DNA of 64,000 bases, taken from a virus. A program made the translations under genes and the position numbers. The first letter of the stretch is position 1. The number at the start of each line of letters is the position of its first letter. Below the pieces are notes generated by a model. The model was given only the letters and a program-made list of their open reading frames with translations, ran no database searches and was not told where the DNA came from. Positions 1 to 7,495 of the stretch are shown in pieces. The stretch is from IMG/VR virus record IMGVR_UViG_3300048587_000983; one strand, written 5' to 3'.

Positions 1-2
1 AA

Positions 3-479
3 AAAGTAAGCGACACGAGCTTTTGGAGCAAGGACAACGCCGGCAGGCGTCTTCAGGATTTTGAAGCCAAAATCGATTTCTCCGCTCTGAGCTTTATCTC
101 GCTCAACTACGGCGACGACGCCATTATAAGCCGGGAGGACGAGACTGCCTATATCGAGCAGATGAACAGGATGTTTGAAAGCCTCGGCGAGGAGGGTCGC
201 GTAACGCCTGGGAAGTACGTCCACAAAACAGCCGTCGTAAAAGCCACGCAGCACGGGGTTCTTCTCAACGACCTTCAGATACGGCGCGTGCTCGGCTATC
301 TTTTTGACCGCATTCAGAGAATAGAGATTGCCAAAGCCGGGTCGAGCCTCAGGCTTCTTCCGGAGACGATCCGTGTGACGCTCAGCGATGGCAACCAATC
401 GAAGTCGATGGACTTTGGGACCTTCATCGCAACGCTCGATACGCTCTCGTTCTATAAAGCCTACAAAGCCGCGGAGTAA
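3..479 (+). CDS. cas7: Cas7fv-like (type I-Fv/I-F2 Cascade backbone) protein, 5'-truncated by the window edge
   Basis: Frame +3 is open from base 3 (KVSDTSFWSKDNAG...). The motifs DTSFWSK, LSFISL and KYVHK...HGVLLNDLQIR match, in order and spacing, my recollection of the Shewanella putrefaciens Cas7fv C-terminal half (STSFFSK, LQFISL, NYVRR...CGILLNDDAVK). It is followed by a Cas5fv-like gene and the array. Recalled comparison, not a computed alignment. Confidence 0.72.
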   Translation, partial: KVSDTSFWSKDNAGRRLQDFEAKIDFSALSFISLNYGDDAIISREDETAYIEQMNRMFESLGEEGRVTPGKYVHKTAVVKATQHGVLLNDLQIRRVLGYLFDRIQRIEIAKAGSSLRLLPETIRVTLSDGNQSKSMDFGTFIATLDTLSFYKAYKAAE

Positions 480-481
480 GC

Positions 482-1588
482 ATGCACCTTCTCATTCGGG
501 CGCGCAGCGGCGGGCTCATTATAAAAACGGACACAAACGGCTACTGCGCCATGGACCTTTGCGAGGGTGAGGGGGAAAGGTTTCTGCCCCTCTGCGGCGA
601 GTCGATGCGCCGGGGAATGCTCTCTTATATCCTTGGTGAGGTGAGGCGAGTGCATGCCAAGCACTCCGAGCCGCCCCTTTTCGATGACCCCATGCGCGAG
701 ACCATGCTCGCGCGGATGAAGTGCCGCGTTGTAAGAGAGCCCTTTTGCCACACGGTCTTCGGACAGTATTCGTCGAAGGTCCTTCCGAGCAAAATAAGGA
801 TTGACGATTTCGGCTGGCAATATGCGAATACGCTCATCGCGCACCTCCGCCCTGCACTGACGAGGGTCACGGGCGCCGAGAGCCTTGGCGACGTGAATGC
901 GGCCCTCCAGGATGCCCTCTCGGTGTCCGCGGTGAGACAGAGGCGATTTCATGTGGCACTGAAGAAAAAGAGCGAAGGCAAGGAGTTGAAAGAAGTCGAT
1001 CTTCTGGCGCTTCGCTACAAGGACGAGCTCGAAGCCGCCGTACCAAAGCTCGACCGTTTTAATGCGACTTCCAAAATAGAGAGCAAGTTCCTCGAATACC
1101 TGGGGCAGGCCGCAGGGTATATCCACAATGGCTTTTCCGGACGAAAGATTCCGGTATCAAAGACCCACTTTGAGCTGCTCGGGGAGATTCACCGCCTCTG
1201 CGGCGACCCCACATGGCGCGACCGGTTGAACGATGTGAAATCCACGAAGTTCTCGATCATTCCTTATCCGCAGCACACCGGCCAGTGGGTGGATATCCCG
1301 CCGGAACGTGTCCTTTATGTTCGCGGCGCACCCATGACTTTTGCGACCACGGATTTCGACCTTCTCATTGAAAATCTGACCGAAGAAGAGGAGGCGCGTG
1401 TACGAAGTGGCCCCATGAGCTGCTTTTACGGCAAGTGGGGCACAGGTTTTGTGTCTCTCGAATACAGCTTGCCAAAGGGCGATTTCGATGCGAGTTTCCC
1501 TGTTTTAAGCGAGGCTTCTCTAAAAGCCGCGGGCGTCGATTTTCCAAGGGTAAAGACAGAAGCGGGCAGCGAGGAGGAGGAGCGGTAG
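482..1588 (+). CDS. cas5: Cas5fv-like RAMP protein (368 aa)
   Basis: N-terminal RGMLSYILGEVRRV resembles Cas5fv MGVLNRLIGDQRKL. C-terminal SCFYGKWGTGFVS resembles the Cas5fv Gly-rich loop SSFYLGKKGLAYVS (both recalled). Size and position after cas7fv fit the I-Fv gene order. Confidence 0.6.
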   Translation: MHLLIRARSGGLIIKTDTNGYCAMDLCEGEGERFLPLCGESMRRGMLSYILGEVRRVHAKHSEPPLFDDPMRETMLARMKCRVVREPFCHTVFGQYSSKVLPSKIRIDDFGWQYANTLIAHLRPALTRVTGAESLGDVNAALQDALSVSAVRQRRFHVALKKKSEGKELKEVDLLALRYKDELEAAVPKLDRFNATSKIESKFLEYLGQAAGYIHNGFSGRKIPVSKTHFELLGEIHRLCGDPTWRDRLNDVKSTKFSIIPYPQHTGQWVDIPPERVLYVRGAPMTFATTDFDLLIENLTEEEEARVRSGPMSCFYGKWGTGFVSLEYSLPKGDFDASFPVLSEASLKAAGVDFPRVKTEAGSEEEER

Positions 1589-1621
1589 AATGAGCTAATA
1601 ATCCTGTGCATTGAGAGCTTT

Positions 1622-2985
1622 GCTCCTCGGAGCGTTATGCGTCGCTTACATCGGCTCTCGCGGCCCCAAAAAAGGGGGCGTCAGGTCGCGCACAAGGCGT
1701 GCGCGGTAGGTGAAGGTAGGAAATAAAAAATCAGGCTCGAAAGAGCGTTAGAAAAGAGTAGAAGCTTGGGCAAGGGCACGCCGCTCGGTAAAGAGCGTTA
1801 GAAAAGAGAAAATGATGCGACAGACGCCCGTCCGCTCAATAGGGAGCGCTAGGAGAGAATAGTCGAGAAACCAGATATATTTCAGCTCGTGAGAGCGCTA
1901 GAAGAGTATCGAAGCTGTGACTCCCTGCTCGTGAGAGCGTTAGGCAAATAAGCCAGTATTTGGTGCACACGGTGCGCGATAGGAGATAGAGCGGGGAACA
2001 TCGTGAAAGGCGCGATAGAAGGAAAGGATCCGCGAAACGCGGCCTGCAAAGCTCCTTCGGGAGCGTTAAAGGGATAGAAGGCACGCCAAGCAACGCCTTT
2101 GCTCGTGGAGCGCTATACCAGCGCTCGCAAGAGCGGTAGGAGGAAGTCCACGGAAATCCCCATAGAGGGCAGCTCTTACGCGAGCGGTATTTGAAAGGAC
2201 CTTAATGTTCACAGCGGCTCGAAAGAGCGATAGACGGAAAGACTGTGTTTCTGTGGAGGGCTCCCTTGGGAGCGATAGGCAGGGCTGGTGGGCGGGTGGA
2301 ATGAAAGCTCCACATCTACCGAGCGATAGGCAGGATAAGTTTGCGTGCTTGATTGGCTCGAAGGAGCGATAGACGGTGCATTTCACGATGCGAACAAAGG
2401 CTTCAGAAGCGTTAGACGGTGACCGTGCGAGCGGCAGAGTGTTCTTTGGAACGTTAGAAAAATAGACGATATCGCACCACTACGGCTCGAAAGAGCGATA
2501 AAGGTCAGCTGAAACGAAGTCCCGTAATGCTCGATGAGCGATAGAAAAGGACAGCTAAAAGTTAGCTATGCAGTGAGCTCCTTGGAGCGATAGCAGACAT
2601 TCAACCTCACTGTGGGCCAGCCTTGCTCCGTGGAGCGTTAGATGGAAGGTAGGCCTCCTTAGACCGATGGGCATGACCTGCTCGCTTTGGAGCGTTAGGA
2701 GACAAGTGCAGGAGCAGGGATTTGATTAAAGCTCGAAGGAGCGATAGAGGAACTATAAATTCATTTACATGGTCGGCTGTGCTCGAAAGAGCGTTACGAA
2801 ACAAGCCTTAGAAGGCGGGAAATCGGAAAGCTCAAAGGAGCGATAAGCGGCAAGATTACGGATAGGGTTTCAAGAAGGCTCGAAAGAGCGATAGCAGAAA
2901 GCGGCATTAGGTCGGCCTCGCAGAAGGCTCTGAGAGCGGTAGAAGGATTTAATCATAAATTGATGCGTGCCGGAAGGCGCGAGCG
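1622..2985 (+). CRISPR. Degenerate CRISPR-like hairpin array, about 29 units (plus 2 weaker units)
   Basis: 29 hairpins are each followed by GNTA(G). The GNTA motifs start at 1634, 1705, 1747, 1797, 1848, 1897, 1939, 1978, 2014, 2065, 2112, 2135, 2186, 2229, 2274, 2325, 2368, 2411, 2453, 2497, 2540, 2589, 2637, 2694, 2743, 2793, 2842, 2890 and 2938. 24 of 29 stems are GCTC/GAGC. Intervening sequences are unique. Weaker units at 1663-1684 and 2967-2985. Confidence 0.85.
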
Positions 2986-3020
2986 AGTGTGCCAATTTCT
3001 GTAATTTCACGCGGGAAATT

Positions 3021-3040
3021 GGTATAAGGCTTTTGTAGGA
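3021..3040 (+). promoter_or_regulatory. GGTATAAG phage promoter-like motif
   Basis: GGTATAAG GCTTTTGTAGGA. The upstream TTTCTGTAATTTCA (2996-3009) is repeated exactly at 26665-26678 with the same spacing. Confidence 0.65.
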
Positions 3041-3109
3041 AGAGGACTTAGCTTTGAGCTGAGTCCTCTTTTTAATTTTGAAACATAAAAATTTAAATCA
3101 GGAGAGCGC

Positions 3110-3499
3110 ATGAATTTGGATTTTGGATCTGAAAGCGTTTTGCAGGCTATTACGTTCAGCATCGTACCCGTTGTTGTTCTGCTCATAATTCTTTTCCGTC
3201 AGAAAGAAAAGCACGCTTCGCCCACCGAGGATGTAAATCTGGGCCGTCTGAAAAATCTCATGGATTACGTAGCTCGCAACCTCAGGAGTGCCGAGTGGCC
3301 CCTGAAAGACCCGGCACCCGCACTGGCCCTTTACAATGTGATGCGAACGCTGGAAGCTGTGCACCGCGACCTTGTCGAGGCCAAGGCTGCCGGATCCGGT
3401 GGGCTTGCGGAGATACTCCCGCAGCTTGAGAGACTTGTAAAGGAGGTTGTTGACAAGCAGCGGTCGGAGCTTGAACTCGACTATGAGGAGATTGCGTGA
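3110..3499 (+). CDS. Hypothetical protein with N-terminal TM helix
   Basis: SD AGGAG; hydrophobic stretch ITFSIVPVVVLLIILF. Confidence 0.75.
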   Translation: MNLDFGSESVLQAITFSIVPVVVLLIILFRQKEKHASPTEDVNLGRLKNLMDYVARNLRSAEWPLKDPAPALALYNVMRTLEAVHRDLVEAKAAGSGGLAEILPQLERLVKEVVDKQRSELELDYEEIA

Positions 3500-3963
3500 T
3501 GACAAAGGAAGAGATGCGAATGATGCGGGCCGTTCTTGAGGGGATGACCCAGGGTATGGATTTTACAGGGCGCTGCAAAACCTGGGAGGCCATGCTGAGG
3601 GGCTCAAGGAAAGAGGATTGGGGCCTTGAGTTTGAGGCCAGGGAAAGCAGGCGCTCGGAGCTGGAAAAGGAGGCCGAGCGCTATGAAGCACTGCTGCCCG
3701 AGATCGAGATCAGTTCCGACGAGTACCACAAGGTCGTGACGGAGGCCTGCAAGGAAGGAGCGCGGCAGGAGCCTACGCTCGCTTATCCGGAGGCCTTCAA
3801 GGACCTTATGACGGTCAGCAGTTTTGAGATCGACACAGGACACTCGCCAGAATACCTCATGCTCAAAGGTCAGAGCCTTATGATCGCAAGACTTAAGGAG
3901 ATGGCGAAGAGCAAAAGACTTCGGGAGGATCTGGCGCGAAGGGTTATGATCAGGCTTGTCTGA
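3499..3963 (+). CDS. Hypothetical protein
   Basis: TGATG overlap with the upstream stop codon; 154 aa. Confidence 0.7.
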   Translation: MTKEEMRMMRAVLEGMTQGMDFTGRCKTWEAMLRGSRKEDWGLEFEARESRRSELEKEAERYEALLPEIEISSDEYHKVVTEACKEGARQEPTLAYPEAFKDLMTVSSFEIDTGHSPEYLMLKGQSLMIARLKEMAKSKRLREDLARRVMIRLV

Positions 3964-3981
3964 AAAATCCCTGGAATTATT

Positions 3982-4001
3982 GGTATAAGGTTACTGTAGG
4001 A
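3982..4001 (+). promoter_or_regulatory. GGTATAAG promoter-like motif
   Basis: GGTATAAG GTTACTGTAGGA, intergenic. Confidence 0.65.
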
Positions 4002-4074
4002 GAAAATGTAGCATGCCTCGGGCTGCTGCATTTTTTTGTTTGGGAATCGAAAAATTTATACATCAGGAGTCGTT

Positions 4075-4338
4075 ATGCTTAGTCTAGTCAAAGAGATATT
4101 CAAAGCTATTATTAAGTCTCAGAGTCGCTTCTACTGGTCGATGTTTCTTCTTTGCATCGGAACTCAGATTGCTGCATTTGCCTTTATCCTTCCCTTCGGC
4201 TTCTGGTACGCACTCGCGGTAACCAGCGTGCTCCAGTGGCTTTGGATTCCAGCTCTGAACCACTGGTTCAACTGGGAGAGCTATGTCAGCGCTCTCTTCG
4301 TTCCTGACGAGCTTCGCGTTTCAAGGAGCAGAAAATGA
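4075..4338 (+). CDS. Small membrane protein (2 TM)
   Basis: SD AGGAG at 4065; two hydrophobic segments. Confidence 0.7.
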   Translation: MLSLVKEIFKAIIKSQSRFYWSMFLLCIGTQIAAFAFILPFGFWYALAVTSVLQWLWIPALNHWFNWESYVSALFVPDELRVSRSRK

Positions 4339-4616
4339 AAGGTCTGACTCACAAAGAAACCCGGAACTACTGGAAGAAAGTTATAGACGATGCCAGGAAA
4401 TCTGGCATTACCGGTACACGGTACTGCAAACTTAACGGCATCCACTTGGCATCCTTTCGGAAATGGAGCCAGCGATACGCAACAAAATCGCAGAAAAGAC
4501 TACTGGCTCGGGAAGCTGAGAGACGGAAAGAAATTGAGTTGAAAATGGTCGCCATCAAACTAATGAGAACCGCTCTACGCGAACTGGTCCTGGAAATAAA
4601 AGGCCGAGATATTTGA
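4335..4616 (+). CDS. Stand-alone IS66 TnpA-like HTH protein
   Basis: YWKKVIDDARKSGITGTRYCKLNGIHLASFRKW resembles the IS66 TnpA HTH pattern; no tnpB or tnpC nearby. Confidence 0.55.
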   Translation: MKGLTHKETRNYWKKVIDDARKSGITGTRYCKLNGIHLASFRKWSQRYATKSQKRLLAREAERRKEIELKMVAIKLMRTALRELVLEIKGRDI

Positions 4617-4632
4617 ATTTGACAAACAAACT

Positions 4633-4812
4633 ACCAGGAGAATGCAACATGAAACCCATTATACTTAAGTCTCTTTCCTACAAAATAAAATCAATCGGTC
4701 AAGCTCTGCATGCAGTTTTCGATCCTTCCAAAGCCCGCCGCAAAACGGTGTGGGAAAATCTGAATCGCTACTAAAAATAACAACCAGGAGAACGCAACAT
4801 GAAAACCATTAT
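4633..4812 (+). repeat. 30-nt direct repeat covering SD and start codon (4633-4662 and 4783-4812)
   Basis: ACCAGGAGAA(T/C)GCAACATGAAA(C/A)CCATTAT, 28 of 30 identical. Confidence 0.85.
4649..4774 (+). CDS. Small hypothetical protein (41 aa), not in the ORF track
   Basis: Strong SD (CCAGGAG) followed by MKPIILKSLSYKIKSIGQALHAVFDPSKARRKTVWENLNRY*. Confidence 0.55.
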   Translation: MKPIILKSLSYKIKSIGQALHAVFDPSKARRKTVWENLNRY

Positions 4813-5533
4813 GATCCTTGCCGCTTTGGCTCTTAACGCATGTGCTACCAATGACTACAAAGTCAAAACCATCTCGACCGCACTCGATCTCAAAGGGAAT
4901 GTGAACGGCCAAAAGCTTGGACTCAACGGCGAAAACGAAGCCATTCTTCAGGAAGAAGTTCGTGCCCAGGACGAGCTGCGTATCGCTGAAAACGTGAACG
5001 CCTATTTTGAAGAAAAGATTGCAAGCGAAGCTGCTGAGATCAAGCGCTGCATGACGGACCTCGCCGACCCCCGCCTTGGTGGCCGCGGTGAACTGCCAGC
5101 GGAAATCGACTACGACATGCGCCCCTTTGAAAAGGTCAAAGAGGAGTTTGGCCTCGCTGAAGATGGCGATCTTAAAATTGTCCGCAAAAGCTATTACGTG
5201 GACCGTCTTAAGGCCGCCAGGAGCTACGACGTGAGCCTCCGCAAGATGCTAAAGGTCGTCAAACGCCAACACGAGGAATGCATGTTCAAGCTGGGCATAG
5301 CCCGGAACAAGGCAGGTCTTCCCAGTGAACGTGTGATGGCTGAAGGCTATTTCACAAGCAACGGCAAATGGGTTGAAACCCGGAAGGGTGAGAACTCAGT
5401 TGGTGATGCTTTCGAGATCCAGGCTGAAAACAAAGCCCGCTCAGGCGCTGTCAGAATCGAAGTCGTTCAGCCAGGAACCGCTTACATTTACAAGCCCGTT
5501 AAGGTCGACGAGTACGGCAACGTGCTCGACTGA
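4799..5533 (+). CDS. Predicted lipoprotein
   Basis: Signal peptide MKTIMILAALALNAC with a lipobox-like Cys. Confidence 0.75.
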   Translation: MKTIMILAALALNACATNDYKVKTISTALDLKGNVNGQKLGLNGENEAILQEEVRAQDELRIAENVNAYFEEKIASEAAEIKRCMTDLADPRLGGRGELPAEIDYDMRPFEKVKEEFGLAEDGDLKIVRKSYYVDRLKAARSYDVSLRKMLKVVKRQHEECMFKLGIARNKAGLPSERVMAEGYFTSNGKWVETRKGENSVGDAFEIQAENKARSGAVRIEVVQPGTAYIYKPVKVDEYGNVLD

Positions 5534-5563
5534 TCTCTCTTTGGTAGGTGTAGGATTCACTTG

Positions 5564-5592
5564 AGGCCGGCCTTCGGGCTGGCCTTTTATTT
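5564..5592 (+). terminator. Rho-independent terminator
   Basis: AGGCCGGCC-TTCG-GGCTGGCCT followed by TTTATTT. Confidence 0.8.
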
Positions 5593-5613
5593 CAAAAAAC
5601 TTAGGAGTCCAAA

Positions 5614-7188
5614 ATGAAATCGCAACTTTTGTATTCGCTCGTTCTCTACAGTACCCTTGCCGCCTGCGGTGCCGATTCCGGCTCCGGTGTGGCGCCCGTA
5701 ACCCTTCCCACCAGCGTTCCAGCACCGGTCGCAAAACCAACTGATGAAGCCAAAGTAGAGGCGAAGGCTGAAAGCAAAGTCGAAGCCCCTATCGAAGCTC
5801 AAAAGACGGCGACCCCCGCAGTCGAGGAGACTGCTCCTGCCAAGGCTTTGAAGCTCACAGACCCGGACTGCGTTGACCCCAACCTGGCCGAAGTCAAAAC
5901 CGGTGTTCAGCTGATGCTCTGCGACGGCACGATCGCCACGGGTACGCTTGTCATCCCCGCCGCCCCTGACCTTAGCAACCTCACAGCCGGAAACGTAAAA
6001 TCGGGTGTGACGATTGCCGGTGTCACAGGAAACTATGCTGGCGCTTCCTACAGCTCCTGCTCGGCCAACGGCGAGGAAGGCTGCGTAACGAACGCCAGCT
6101 TCAAAGCTGCCAACCTCAGTAACCTTTCAGCTGCCAACGTAAAGTCGGGTGTGACGATCGCTGGCATCACCGGATCGCTTGCCGTGGAGTCGCATGTCGA
6201 CTGCAGCGCAAACGGTCAGTCGGGCTGCGTCGCCACATCCACCTACAAAGCCGCTGATATTGCAAACCTCTCGGCTGCCAACGTAAAGTCGGGTGTGACG
6301 ATTGCTGGCGTTTCCGGTTCGCTCGTCGTTGAGTCGCACTCGGACTGTACTAGCAACGGTCAAACGGGTTGCGTTACGGGCGAGACCTACAAGGCCGCTG
6401 ACCTTACAAACCTTGTGGCTGCAAACCTCAAAAATGGTGTGGCCGTCGCCGGTGTGACCGGTACCTACCCTTCGGCTTCGGCCCCTCTGGCCTCGGCCAC
6501 CGCAACTGCCGACCTCGATGCGGCCACGTTCAACCTGAAGATCAAATCGGACGCCCAATTTGAATACTTTGATTCAACCGGCGCCCGCCATACCCAGACA
6601 GGTAACTCGGCCTTGACAGCCGAAAACATTAAATCCGATGTGACCCTCTTCAATGTCTCGGGTACTCTTGAACCCGCAAGTGAAATCACGATCGACCCGT
6701 GGGATCTTCGCTTCGGCAAGACTGTCAATGGTGTCTCGGGTAAACTCAAGGCTCACTGCCGGACTCACGACAGCGGGACCGTTCCCGTTGGCGAAAGCTG
6801 TGCTCAAAATGAAATCTGGCAGGACCTGACCTCGCTCTCGTCTTCGACAGCATCGACCTGCGCCGGGGACCCCTCCAACTGCATGTGGAAGGACCGCATC
6901 TCGGGACTGTACGTGTCCAAGCAAATGGGTAGCGGTAACCGCAACACAGCCGTCAACGGTTGTCTGAACCTCGTCTACGGCGGTTTCGATGATTGGCGTC
7001 TTCCTTCCTCCGATGAGGCTATCACGCTCTCAACCCACGGTGCCGCCGAAAACAGCGTTGTCGCATGGTATGGCTCGTGGACGTCGAGCACATACTCGAT
7101 GAGCTATTACATCGCTATCATGGGGGCTAGCGTCGGCGCTCTAAAAACGGCCAGCGACACGGCCAACTACTTTTGCGTTCGCAAGTAA
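5614..7188 (+). CDS. Lipoprotein with 48-aa Cys-containing repeats and a C-terminal DUF1566/Lcl-like domain
   Basis: Lipobox LAAC; Pro/Ala linker; repeats; GGFDDWRLPSSDEAITL and terminal YFCVRK are typical of DUF1566. Confidence 0.7.
   Translation: MKSQLLYSLVLYSTLAACGADSGSGVAPVTLPTSVPAPVAKPTDEAKVEAKAESKVEAPIEAQKTATPAVEETAPAKALKLTDPDCVDPNLAEVKTGVQLMLCDGTIATGTLVIPAAPDLSNLTAGNVKSGVTIAGVTGNYAGASYSSCSANGEEGCVTNASFKAANLSNLSAANVKSGVTIAGITGSLAVESHVDCSANGQSGCVATSTYKAADIANLSAANVKSGVTIAGVSGSLVVESHSDCTSNGQTGCVTGETYKAADLTNLVAANLKNGVAVAGVTGTYPSASAPLASATATADLDAATFNLKIKSDAQFEYFDSTGARHTQTGNSALTAENIKSDVTLFNVSGTLEPASEITIDPWDLRFGKTVNGVSGKLKAHCRTHDSGTVPVGESCAQNEIWQDLTSLSSSTASTCAGDPSNCMWKDRISGLYVSKQMGSGNRNTAVNGCLNLVYGGFDDWRLPSSDEAITLSTHGAAENSVVAWYGSWTSSTYSMSYYIAIMGASVGALKTASDTANYFCVRK
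5971..6462 (+). repeat. Intragenic tandem repeat, 144-nt period, about 3.4 copies
   Basis: Units start at 5971, 6115, 6259 and 6403 (L.NL.AANVKSGVTIAGV.G......C..NG..GCV....YKAAD). Confidence 0.85.
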
Positions 7189-7495
7189 GAAACGGCTGCC
7201 TTCGGTGTTCACCGTGAACGACTCGAGGGCGGCATCTCACCGCGGCGAGCGATCTTTTCCTCTCCAAAGCACCTTCTCGCCAGATTTCTTTTTTGCACAC
7301 AATCTAAAGGCGCTTCCCAAAGAGTCCATGGTTTCAAGCTCTTCCGCAGGGTCAAAGTCTTCGCCCTGATGTGCAAAAAGCATAAGGCTTCACGCAGGCC
7401 TTTGATTCTCCTGGTAAACCTTTCAGCGCTCAACCAACAAGGGGCAGAAGTCGATCCTGTTCCTTGTAGGTTGAGCCATTCCCCTGGAGACAAAC

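Noticed and set aside
1836-2804. Minus-strand ORFs 1836-2093, 2066-2386 and 2607-2804
   Set aside because: They lie antisense to the array, have no SD or recognisable motifs, and their composition simply reflects the repeats.
1622-2985. Integron attC cassette array (several units end GCGTTAG-RY, like the attC R' box)
   Set aside because: No RYYYAAC partner box or long imperfect palindrome, most units read GATAG, GCTAG or GGTAG, units are too short for cassettes, and there is no integrase in the window.
1622-2985. Canonical CRISPR array, TIGR array or REP/terminator cluster
   Set aside because: No 23-47 nt near-identical repeat, no alternating edge/loop repeats with box C/D motifs or Nop-domain gene, and no U-tracts after the stems.
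4335-4616. Intact IS66 element
   Set aside because: No transposase (TnpC), TnpB, terminal inverted repeats or target duplication.
6900-7188. Diversity-generating retroelement acting on the DUF1566 gene
   Set aside because: No reverse transcriptase or second copy (template repeat) was seen in this window. It could still exist elsewhere in the genome.
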